A DNA stretch of 64,000 nucleotides, taken from Acidobacteriota bacterium. Its GTDB lineage: Bacteria > Acidobacteriota > Holophagae > Thermotomaculales > Thermotomaculaceae. The position numbers were made by a program, and so were the translations under genes. The notes under the pieces are model-generated. The model searched no databases. It was not told the DNA's origin and saw nothing but the letters and a program-made list of their open reading frames with translations. Position 1 is the first letter of the stretch. Every line of letters begins with the position of its first letter. The stretch spans positions 47,694 through 111,693 of the forward strand of contig JAADGL010000016.1 of assembly GCA_013152385.1 (NCBI GenBank). The letters run 5' to 3'. This document shows positions 26,192-34,382 of this stretch, piece after piece.

Positions 26192-27270
26192 TGCCTGCCC
26201 CTGGGGTAGTTTTTCAGTCGGCTGTACACATTGCTCCGCTGAAAAGCGTCAAAGCCGCCACTGTGGATGAGCTGTATCATTTCTTCTCTGGAAATTGTGT
26301 GGCTGACTCCGACGGAGCGGACCACATTTTCCTCAATCATGGTGGAACCCATATCATTGGCTCCGAACATCAGCGCCACCTGCCCCATCTTTTTTCCCTG
26401 GGTGACCCATGATGCCTGAATATTCGGAATATTGTGAAGGTAGCACCGGGCCACTGCCAGAGTTTTCAAATAATCCACCCCGGTATTTTCAAAGGAGATG
26501 AAACGTTTTTTGTAAATCTGGTAGGGCCAGGGAATGAAAGCGGTAAAACCCCCGGTTTCATTCTGAAGTTCCCGGATGCGCCGGAGATGCTCCACCCGGT
26601 CCGCCAGCGATTCCCCCACGCCGAACATCATGGTGGCTGTTGTTTTCAATCCCAGTCCGTGGGCTTTTCTCATTACATCAATCCATTGATCCGAATTACA
26701 CTTCTTCGGGCTGGTGCGGCTGCGAACCGGGTCGGACAGAATTTCAGCCCCGCCCCCGGGAATGGAATCCAGCCCTGCTTCCATCAATTCGGAAATAATG
26801 TTTTCCACCGGCCGGTGAAAAAACTCCGAAAACCAGTGAATTTCCGGCGGGGAGAACCCGTGGATATGAATTTCCGGGAAAACCGACTTCATCGCCTTCA
26901 GCATGCCGGGGTAATACGCCCACGGCAGATTCGGATTCATACCGCCCTGCAGCAGCACGCCGGTCCCCCCCAGTTTCACTGTTTCCGAAACTTTTTCCTG
27001 TAATTCATCAAAGGTGAGTGTCTCCGCGTCATTGGGGTCCAGGTGAAAGCCGCAGAACCCGCATCCGGTGATACAGCCGTCGGTGTAATTGATATTCCGG
27101 TCCACCACAAAAGACACTTCCCGTTCGGGATGAAGCCGCCACCGTACCCGGTCAGCCAGGGAACCGACAGCCAGCAGGTCTTTATTTTCTAAAAGAAAGA
27201 GAGCTTCTTCTTCTGTTAAAGGGTGATTTCCCGTATAAATTTTTTCTTCGATTTGATCCATCTTTGCCAT
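26188..27270 (-). CDS. radical SAM enzyme of the futalosine menaquinone pathway (MqnC/MqnE family)
   Basis: NINYTDGCITGCGFCGF (CxxxCxxC), GGTGVLLQGG and GANDMGSTMIEENVV, as in the MqnC/MqnE/CofH group. I cannot separate MqnC from MqnE by eye. Confidence 0.7.
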   Translation of the reverse strand: MAKMDQIEEKIYTGNHPLTEEEALFLLENKDLLAVGSLADRVRWRLHPEREVSFVVDRNINYTDGCITGCGFCGFHLDPNDAETLTFDELQEKVSETVKLGGTGVLLQGGMNPNLPWAYYPGMLKAMKSVFPEIHIHGFSPPEIHWFSEFFHRPVENIISELMEAGLDSIPGGGAEILSDPVRSRTSPKKCNSDQWIDVMRKAHGLGLKTTATMMFGVGESLADRVEHLRRIRELQNETGGFTAFIPWPYQIYKKRFISFENTGVDYLKTLAVARCYLHNIPNIQASWVTQGKKMGQVALMFGANDMGSTMIEENVVRSVGVSHTISREEMIQLIHSGGFDAFQRSNVYSRLKNYPRGRQ

Positions 27271-28145
27271 TTTGCCCTCGCAGCCACTTTCATAATTTGT
27301 TCGAGATTCTCTTCAGCGCAGGTAAACCCCGCCTCCATACTGTCGTCAAAACGGCTGAAATCCGCCCAGTGGATATCCGAGACAGACGGTTCCAGTATCA
27401 GAGACGCGTTTCGTTTCTGCAGTTCTCCCAGCCGGTTGGTGGAAACCGCGTTGGAGCGGGCAATGATATCCATTCCCTTGTCAAAATCACTGGTATCTTC
27501 CATTTCCCGGGATACGCAGGAAGCAATTACCTCCGTTGCCCCCAGCTGATAGCAGGGGTCCACCGGAATCTTATTGGTCCATCCGCCGTCAATGAGAATC
27601 ATATCGCCGCTTTCCACAGGGGGGTAAATCCCCGGAATCGCGCTGGAAGCCATCAACGCCTTCCGCAGAGAACCGCCGGTAATCAGCAGTTCTTCACCGG
27701 TTACCAGATCCGAAGCAATGGCGCCGAAAGGAATCCGTGTGTCCCGGATATCCACATCCGGAACCAATGCCTGAAACGCCTTGTTAAACACCTCTTCATC
27801 CACAATGGATCTGGATGTCATTGCCTTGCCGTAGAGAATCCCCTTTCGGATAAACGCGGTTAAATTGTCAACAATATTCGCCTTTTTCTTTTCCGACTCG
27901 ATAATTCGCCGGTACACAGCCAGATTCACAGTTTCGCTGTTGGAGAGAAAGCGCCGCACATGGTCCACTGTTTCCCGGACATTGCCGAACCACGCGTACA
28001 ATCCGCCCATCACAGCCCCCATGGAAGTTCCGGCAATGCAGTCAACGGAAATTTGATTGGATTCCAGCGTTTTTAAAATTCCGAGATGAGCGTAGCCACG
28101 GGCTGCGCCTCCTCCCAGTGCCAATCCCAGCCGAAAAGGTCTCAT
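27216..28145 (-). CDS. patatin-like phospholipase
   Basis: GLALGGGAARGYAHLG oxyanion motif, GTSMGAV (GxSxG), and a DGG catalytic Asp motif (LIDGGW). Confidence 0.8.
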   Translation of the reverse strand: MRPFRLGLALGGGAARGYAHLGILKTLESNQISVDCIAGTSMGAVMGGLYAWFGNVRETVDHVRRFLSNSETVNLAVYRRIIESEKKKANIVDNLTAFIRKGILYGKAMTSRSIVDEEVFNKAFQALVPDVDIRDTRIPFGAIASDLVTGEELLITGGSLRKALMASSAIPGIYPPVESGDMILIDGGWTNKIPVDPCYQLGATEVIASCVSREMEDTSDFDKGMDIIARSNAVSTNRLGELQKRNASLILEPSVSDIHWADFSRFDDSMEAGFTCAEENLEQIMKVAARAKWQRWIKSKKKFIREITL

Positions 28146-28612
28146 TTGTTTTTTCCCTCTTGATAATAACAGTATGCCCGCAGAGCGGACACGCCCGGCG
28201 GTTCAATCAGACTGTACCACACCGCCGGGGTACTGTATAGAGTGAACGGCAACTGAAACCGGAGAGTTTTCCGGCCTCAAACGGGCCGGTTTTCCGAAGA
28301 TAACTCGGTATGCAACAGTGGCAGCCGGTTCCGGCTTCTGATCTGCAGTATTTTATCCTTCATGTACAACCCGAAATAATTATTAAGAATAGCCTTTTAT
28401 AAAACCCCCCCTTTTTTTCTTTATTTTGTGGGAATATAATTCTGAATCATGGATGTTAATGATCCGGGAATTAATACCGTTGTTCCCGGTAAAATTCCGT
28501 TTTCTGACTTTATCCCGGCACAGGTTACAGGTTGAGGATTGTACGCTGCGGCATAGTGGAGGGGCGCTTCGTGCTTTCGCTTTTTCCGGCACTCTGATAG
28601 AATGACGGTGTT

Positions 28613-28881
28613 ATGATTTACGGTAAAGTTGCCGGTTCGGTGTGGGCACCCAGAAGGTGGAGACGCTGAACGGGCTTAAGTTGCTTATTGTTCAGCATTA
28701 TAAGGTCACGGGGGAAGCGCTGGATGCTTTCACGGTGGCGGTGGACGGCGTCGGTGCCGGTGCCGGTGAAATGGTGCTGATGGCGCAGGGAAGTTCCGCC
28801 CGCCAGACTCCAATTACAGAGAAACGTCCGGTGGACGCGGTGATCATGGCAATTGTGGATAAGCTGGAGATTGAATCGTGA
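28613..28881 (+). pseudogene. BMC vertex (pentamer) protein, EutN/CcmL family, copy 1; the N-terminal 11 codons are in a different frame
   Basis: ATG at 28613 gives MIYGKVAGSVW and then runs out of frame. The frame starting at 28642 gives (V)GTQKVETLNGLKLLIVQ...AVIMAIVDKLE. The joined sequence parallels copy 2 (MLLGRVEGHVWATRK...). Confidence 0.6.
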
Positions 28882-29378
28882 CACTGAATCTCAACAGTAT
28901 TGTGGACGACATTCTTTCGGAACGACAGGGAATTGTACTGGGAGCCGATCATGGCGGTTATGCGTTGAAAGAGGAACTGAAGCCTTTTCTCGGAAAACTG
29001 GGGTTTCAGGTTGCAGATCTCGGTACTTTTTCATCCGCTTCGGTCAATTATCCGGATTTCGCCTTGAAGGTGGCGCAGGCGGTTCAAAGCGGTCGGGCCC
29101 GGTTCGGTATTATGATTGACGGTGCCGGTATCGGCTCCGCCATTGTCTGCAACAAGGTGAAGGGGATCCGTGCTGCCCACTGTGCCAACACCTTTGAGGC
29201 TTACAATGCCCGGGCGCACAATAATTGCAATGTTCTGACCCTCGGTGCCCGGGTAATCGGCATTGAGCTGATTAAACGTATTGTGGATACGTTTCTGAAG
29301 ACACCATTTGAAGGGGGGCGGCATCAGGACAGGGTATCGTTGATTACGGAGTGGGAAAATGCTGCTTGGAAGGGTTGA
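28878..29378 (+). CDS. rpiB: ribose-5-phosphate isomerase B (RpiB/LacAB family) with a 17-aa N-terminal extension
   Basis: LGADHGGYALKEEL...GIMIDGAGIGSAIVCNK...NARAHNNCNVLTLGARV. The GTG start overlaps the upstream stop (GTGA). Confidence 0.85.
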   Translation: MTLNLNSIVDDILSERQGIVLGADHGGYALKEELKPFLGKLGFQVADLGTFSSASVNYPDFALKVAQAVQSGRARFGIMIDGAGIGSAIVCNKVKGIRAAHCANTFEAYNARAHNNCNVLTLGARVIGIELIKRIVDTFLKTPFEGGRHQDRVSLITEWENAAWKG

Positions 29379-29622
29379 AGGCCATGTCTGGGCCACCCGG
29401 AAACTGGATGTGTTCCAGGGAAAGAAACTGATGGTGGTTCAACCCCTTGACGAAGGGCTGAATCCGGTTTCCCGGCATATTGTGGCGGTGGACACGGTGG
29501 ATGCCGGTATCGGAGATGTGGTTTGCCTTGCCACCAGCAAAGAAGCGGCTGTTCCCATGGCGGAGAAATTGATTCCGGTGGATGCGGCGATTGTCGGCAT
29601 TGTGGACAGGGTGGACCGATGA
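29359..29622 (+). CDS. BMC vertex (pentamer) protein, EutN/CcmL family, copy 2
   Basis: MLLGRVEGHVWATRKLDVFQGKKLMVVQP...VDAAIVGIVDRV. Overlaps the rpiB end by 20 nt. Confidence 0.85.
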   Translation: MLLGRVEGHVWATRKLDVFQGKKLMVVQPLDEGLNPVSRHIVAVDTVDAGIGDVVCLATSKEAAVPMAEKLIPVDAAIVGIVDRVDR

Positions 29623-29912
29623 TTCTGTGCAAAGTAACCGGTTCTATCGTTTCCACAAAGAAAGATCCGAATTTTCAGGGCTTTAAAATTATGTCTGTTA
29701 CCCCTGTCCGGCCGGACGGAAGCACTGTGGGAAAACCGTTTCTTGCCATTGATGCCACTTCTTCCGGCAAAGGGGATACGGTGCTGGTAATTAAAGACGG
29801 CGGCTCACTTCAGATGATTACCGGTTCCAAAAAGATTCCGGAAAATGCTATAATTGCCGCAGTGGTGGATAACCTGGAAATTGATATCCCGGAGGCCAAC
29901 AATGAACAGTGA
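29619..29912 (+). CDS. BMC vertex (pentamer) protein, EutN/CcmL family, copy 3
   Basis: [29 protein letters not shown]...[15 protein letters not shown] overlap with copy 2. Confidence 0.8.
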   Translation: MILCKVTGSIVSTKKDPNFQGFKIMSVTPVRPDGSTVGKPFLAIDATSSGKGDTVLVIKDGGSLQMITGSKKIPENAIIAAVVDNLEIDIPEANNEQ

Positions 29913-30765
29913 AATTGAAAAAATCGTTGCCGAACTTACCGGTGCGCCGGAACAGCCCACGGGCTGGGAAGCGTTTGATGATTCTTCCCCCGACCTTCTT
30001 TACTGTGAGGAAACGGCGGAGGGCGGTACCGAGTGCGTTCTGAAGCTTGCCGGGACGATTGATAAACTGGTCAGAATCGGCGCGGATAGAATTTCCACGG
30101 CTCCCGGTATCGGAGAGGTGGATGTTAACCTTGCTCACCTTATTGACCACACGCTGCTGAAAGCCAATGCCACCACCGATGAGGTCACCAAGCTCTGCCT
30201 CGAAGCCAAAGAATATGGATTCGCTTCTGTCTGCATTAACCCGTATTTTGTCCCCCTGGCAGATTCTATTCTTCACGGCACCGACGTGAAGGTTTGTACC
30301 GTCATCGGCTTCCCTCTGGGATGTACGCCGAAAGAGGTCAAGGCGTTCGAAGCGGAAAATGCGGTAAAACAGGGAGCCGAAGAGGTTGATATGGTGGTGA
30401 ATGTGTCGGCTCTGAAATCCGGGAAGTTCGCGGAAGTGGAAGATGATATCCGGGCGGTTCGTAAGGCGGTTCCCGACGCAATTTTGAAAGTGATTATCGA
30501 AACCTGCTACCTCACCGACAGTGAAAAAACCGCTGCCTGTACTGCGGCGAAGAATGCCGCTGCCGATTATGTGAAAACCTCCACCGGGTTCGGAACCGGC
30601 GGCGCTACGGAGCACGATATCGCACTGATGCGAAGAACCGTTGGCAGCCGGATGGGGGTCAAGGCTTCCGGCGGCATTCACGATTTTGAAACCGCGCTGG
30701 GTATGGTCAAGGCCGGTGCCACCCGTATCGGCGCCAGTGCCAGTATCCGGATTGTTTCCGGCTGA
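29902..30765 (+). CDS. deoC: deoxyribose-phosphate aldolase (DERA) with an about 75-aa N-terminal extension
   Basis: Core motifs [30 protein letters not shown] and [11 protein letters not shown] at 29902 with GGAGG at 29891. Overlaps copy 3 by 11 nt. Confidence 0.85.
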   Translation: MNSEIEKIVAELTGAPEQPTGWEAFDDSSPDLLYCEETAEGGTECVLKLAGTIDKLVRIGADRISTAPGIGEVDVNLAHLIDHTLLKANATTDEVTKLCLEAKEYGFASVCINPYFVPLADSILHGTDVKVCTVIGFPLGCTPKEVKAFEAENAVKQGAEEVDMVVNVSALKSGKFAEVEDDIRAVRKAVPDAILKVIIETCYLTDSEKTAACTAAKNAAADYVKTSTGFGTGGATEHDIALMRRTVGSRMGVKASGGIHDFETALGMVKAGATRIGASASIRIVSG

Positions 30766-30993
30766 TCTCATCCTGATGGTGTGGTTCAGGGGCGTTGAAA
30801 AAGAAATTAGCTTTATTTTCTTGTGGTTCCGGGCAGGAGCCTGAACTCATTGTAAACTCAATCCTGTTTTCTCTCATCAAAGTTTGAAAAAAAAGTTTTC
30901 GGGTGAAACTATGGGCGGAAGCACCCGTTTAATATTGTGTTAAAATGTTTGTCCGCTCTTGGAAAACCTAAAGAAGACTCAGGAGGAAAAACG

Positions 30994-33717
30994 ATGGGTA
31001 GAAAAACGGAAAAAGGATGTTCCGCAGCTTCAAAGGGGACGGAAAAACCGTTCATGAGACGTGCGGGTAGAACCTTTCTGCTGGCGGCGGTTCTAACGGT
31101 TTTGCCTGCAATGCTGTTTGCGGCCGGGGGGAACGGCCGGGTACTGCGGTCTACGTTGAAAAACGGCTTGCGGGTGGTGATTGTTGAAAATGATCTGGCG
31201 CCGGTGGTGACCACCGAGGTGAATTATCTGGTGGGGTCCAACGAAGCGCCAGCCGGTTTTCCGGGGATGGCCCACGCGCAGGAACACATGATGTTCCGGG
31301 GCAGCCCGGGTCTTTCCCAGGATCAGCTGGCAAATATTATGAGCTCCATGGGCGGAATGATGAATGCCGATACCCAGCAGACGGTCACACAGTATTTTTT
31401 CACAGTTCCGGCTGAGGATCTTGAGGTTGCTCTCCATGTTCAGTCGATTCGGATGCGGGGGGTTCTGGATGACCAGAAACTGTGGGCGAAAGAGCGGGGC
31501 GCCATTGAACAGGAAGTGGCTCAGGATTTGTCAAATCCTCAATATGTGTTTTATATGAAACTGCTGAAGGCCATGTTCAAAGGAACACCGTACGAACATG
31601 ACGCGTTGGGGACAAAGGCTTCTTTTGACAAGACCACCGGTGCAATGCTCAAAAAATTCCACGATACATGGTATGCGCCGAATAATGCGATTCTGGTGAT
31701 TGTGGGGAAGGTGCAGCCGGAAAAAACATTGGCAACGGTGAAGCGCCTTTTTGAGGATATTCCTGCCAGGAAGATTCCGGCAAGGCCGGAGGTTAAGCTG
31801 AATCCGGTAAAGCCCGAGACCCTGAACCTGACTACGGATCTACCTTACGGGCTGGCCATTGTTTCTTTCCGGATGCCGGGAACAGACAGTCCGGATTACG
31901 CGGCGGCACAGGTTTTGAGCGATGTGCTGAGCAGTAAGCGCGGGGCGCTTTACAGTCTGGTTCCGGAGGGGAAAGCCCTTTATACCGGATTTCAGATGAA
32001 CGGCCTTCCCACTGCCGGCCTTGGTTTTGGCCTGGCAGTATTTCCCAAAGGGGCGGACGCAAAAACTCTGGTGAAAGAAGTCAATAACGCTCTTGCCGGA
32101 ATTGTCAAAAACGGTGTGCCTGCCGACCTGGTGAAAGCGGCAAAACGCCATGAATTGACCAATGCGGAACTGCAGCGAAACTCGGTTTCGGGTTTGGCAA
32201 CACTCTGGTCACAGGCATTGGCGCTTGAAGGAAGAAATTCTCCCGACGAGGATGTGCAGGCGATGGAAAAAGTAACAGTGGCGGATGTGAACCGGGTGGC
32301 AAAAAAATATCTGGACCCGGCCCATGCCATTACCGCTATCCTGACGCCCCAGCCGTCCGGCAAGCCCAAGTCGTCGAAAGGGTTCGGCGGGGCGGAATCC
32401 TTTGCGCCCAAAAATCCGAAACCGGTAAAACTGCCGGAATGGGCTGAAAAGGCATTGAAAAAACTGTCAGTTCCGGAATCGGCTGTTAATCCTGTTGTCA
32501 GTATTCTGCCCAACGGCCTGAAACTTATTGTTCAGCCGGAAAACAGCAGCAATACGGTCAATATTTACGGATCCGTTAAAAACAGTCCGGAAATGGAAGT
32601 TCCGGAAGGGAAAGAAGGGGTTGACCAGGTATTGGAGAACCTGTTTTCTTTCGGCACCACAAGCCTGAACCGCATTGCTTTCCAGAAAGCACTGGACGAT
32701 ATCGGCGCGGAAGTCAACGCGGGAACATCTTTCTCCGCTCATTCCCTCACATCGGATTTTGACAATGCGTTGCGGCTCCTTGCCGACAATGAACTTCATC
32801 CCGCCCTGCCGGCCCGCAATTTCCGGATTGTGCAGATGCAGGCGGCCCGGACCCTCGCCGGAGTGCTTCAGAGCCCCGGTTTCCTTGCCGAGCAGGCGAT
32901 GAAAAAAGCACTTTATCCGAAAGGAGATCCTTCCTTACGGCAGGCTACGCCGCAGAGTGTTTCGAAACTCACGTTGAAAGATGTCAAAGATTATTATGCG
33001 AAGGTATTCCGGCCGGACCTTACAACGATTGTTGTGATCGGGAAAATTGACCCGAAGACAGCAAAAGCAGCTGTTGAAAAATATTTCGGCTCATGGAAAG
33101 CCACCGGCCCCAAACCGGCAACCCTGCTGCCCGCTGTTCCGCTGAACAAAAGTGCTGTGGCGGTCGTGCCGGATTCCAGCCGGGTGCAGGACCAGGTTAC
33201 CCTCAGTGAGACTCTGGGGCTCTTGCGGAACAATCCGGATTATTACGCGCTGGAACTGGGCAACCATGTCCTTGGCGGCGGATTTTATTCCACCCGGTAT
33301 TACCGTGATCTGCGGCAGAAAGCCGGCCTTGTCTATTACGTCGTGTCTTCCTTTGATCTGGGTCAGACCCGCTCTACCTACACGGTCCGCTATGGCTGTG
33401 ATCCGGCCAATGTTTCCCGGGCACAGAATATTGTGGTTAAGAATCTCAAGGCAATGGCCGCGGCTCCGGTAACACCGGAAGAACTGCACGGCGCCAAAGC
33501 CATGCTGCTCAGGCAGATTCCCCTCCGGGAATCCAGCGTCGGCAGTATCGCGTGGGGGCTTCTTTCCCGTTCCGAAGAAAATCTGCCTTTGAATGAACCC
33601 ACTGTGGCGGCAGAAAACTATTTGAAAATGACAGCAAAGCAGGTGATGGACGCTTTCAGAAAGTGGGTGCGTCCCGATGGGCTGGTCCGGGTTACCCAGG
33701 GGCCGGCACCTAAATAG
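30994..33717 (+). CDS. secreted tandem M16 (pitrilysin/insulinase family) zinc peptidase
   Basis: HxxEH motif in GMAHAQEHMMFRG. Two M16 half-molecule pairs in about 900 aa. Signal-like FLLAAVLTVLPAMLFA. AGGAGG at 30981-30986 before the ATG at 30994. Confidence 0.85.
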   Translation: MGRKTEKGCSAASKGTEKPFMRRAGRTFLLAAVLTVLPAMLFAAGGNGRVLRSTLKNGLRVVIVENDLAPVVTTEVNYLVGSNEAPAGFPGMAHAQEHMMFRGSPGLSQDQLANIMSSMGGMMNADTQQTVTQYFFTVPAEDLEVALHVQSIRMRGVLDDQKLWAKERGAIEQEVAQDLSNPQYVFYMKLLKAMFKGTPYEHDALGTKASFDKTTGAMLKKFHDTWYAPNNAILVIVGKVQPEKTLATVKRLFEDIPARKIPARPEVKLNPVKPETLNLTTDLPYGLAIVSFRMPGTDSPDYAAAQVLSDVLSSKRGALYSLVPEGKALYTGFQMNGLPTAGLGFGLAVFPKGADAKTLVKEVNNALAGIVKNGVPADLVKAAKRHELTNAELQRNSVSGLATLWSQALALEGRNSPDEDVQAMEKVTVADVNRVAKKYLDPAHAITAILTPQPSGKPKSSKGFGGAESFAPKNPKPVKLPEWAEKALKKLSVPESAVNPVVSILPNGLKLIVQPENSSNTVNIYGSVKNSPEMEVPEGKEGVDQVLENLFSFGTTSLNRIAFQKALDDIGAEVNAGTSFSAHSLTSDFDNALRLLADNELHPALPARNFRIVQMQAARTLAGVLQSPGFLAEQAMKKALYPKGDPSLRQATPQSVSKLTLKDVKDYYAKVFRPDLTTIVVIGKIDPKTAKAAVEKYFGSWKATGPKPATLLPAVPLNKSAVAVVPDSSRVQDQVTLSETLGLLRNNPDYYALELGNHVLGGGFYSTRYYRDLRQKAGLVYYVVSSFDLGQTRSTYTVRYGCDPANVSRAQNIVVKNLKAMAAAPVTPEELHGAKAMLLRQIPLRESSVGSIAWGLLSRSEENLPLNEPTVAAENYLKMTAKQVMDAFRKWVRPDGLVRVTQGPAPK

Positions 33718-33740
33718 CTTCGATTTTTCGGGAAATTATA

Positions 33741-33777
33741 AAAAACGGGAACCGGAAATTTTCCGGTTCCCGTTTTT
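33741..33777. terminator. bidirectional intrinsic terminator between the convergent M16 and BCCP genes
   Basis: AAAAA-CGGGAACCGG-aaatttt-CCGGTTCCCG-TTTTT: a perfect 10-bp GC-rich stem with an A-run on one side and a T-run on the other. Confidence 0.65.
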
Positions 33778-33850
33778 ATAGCTGTCATAGGCCGGGAAAA
33801 AAAGAAGAAAACGGAAAATCCCCCTTTTTCTTCTGCGGTTTTTCCAGGCC

Positions 33851-34366
33851 TTATTTTTCTTCAGCCGCTTCTTTTTGCGGAACAATTTCCATCAAGAGGG
33901 CATCGCCGTCCACCATATCGCCCACTGATACGGGGCAGTTGCCGACGGTTCCGTCAATGGGAGAACGGATTTCCACCTGGAGTTTCATGGATTCCATCAG
34001 GATGAGAACCTGGTCTTTTTCCACTGTTCCGCCGGATTCTGCCATAAGTTCCAGGATTTTCCCGGGCATGGGGGCTTTTACACTACCGTCCCCCCCGGTT
34101 TCACCGGCTCCGGCATCTCTGCCCCGGTTGAAAGTGATTTTTTCGGTTCTTCCCCGCCACTGTACCCAGGTATATTCCCCGTCTGTGACTGCGGCTGCCG
34201 GTACGGCCCGGCCGCCGGTTGTGCCGGCAGCGATTATTCTGCCGTTTTCATCGGTGACAACAGAAAGAGATACCGCTTCGCCGTTTACCGTACCGGAAAG
34301 GGTTCCGTGTTCCAGTTTCAGGTTTTTTAGATCGAATTCCTGTTCATTCCAAACTATCCGTGTCAT
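33851..34366 (-). CDS. stand-alone biotin carboxyl carrier (biotinyl/lipoyl domain) protein
   Basis: C-terminal biotinylation context VLILMESMKLQVEIRSPIDGTV. ATG at 34366, 16 nt after the biotin carboxylase stop. Confidence 0.7.
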   Translation of the reverse strand: MTRIVWNEQEFDLKNLKLEHGTLSGTVNGEAVSLSVVTDENGRIIAAGTTGGRAVPAAAVTDGEYTWVQWRGRTEKITFNRGRDAGAGETGGDGSVKAPMPGKILELMAESGGTVEKDQVLILMESMKLQVEIRSPIDGTVGNCPVSVGDMVDGDALLMEIVPQKEAAEEK

Positions 34367-34382
34367 GCCATTGCCTCTCTTT

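Noticed and set aside
27216-27270. 55-nt overlap between the end of the patatin gene and the start of the MqnC/E-like gene.
   Set aside because: The overlap is real in the sequence. The conserved N-terminus of the radical SAM protein requires the upstream ATG (27270 or 27261). However, overlaps of this size occur in compact operons, and I see no further signal such as a slippery site or alternative frame conservation.
28146-30936. Hidden BMC-H/BMC-T shell gene near the vertex genes.
   Set aside because: No ORF on either strand in or around the module has the size (about 90-100 aa) or the ALGxIET...AADAM-type pattern of PF00936 proteins. The ORFs in the 28146-28612 spacer are low-complexity.
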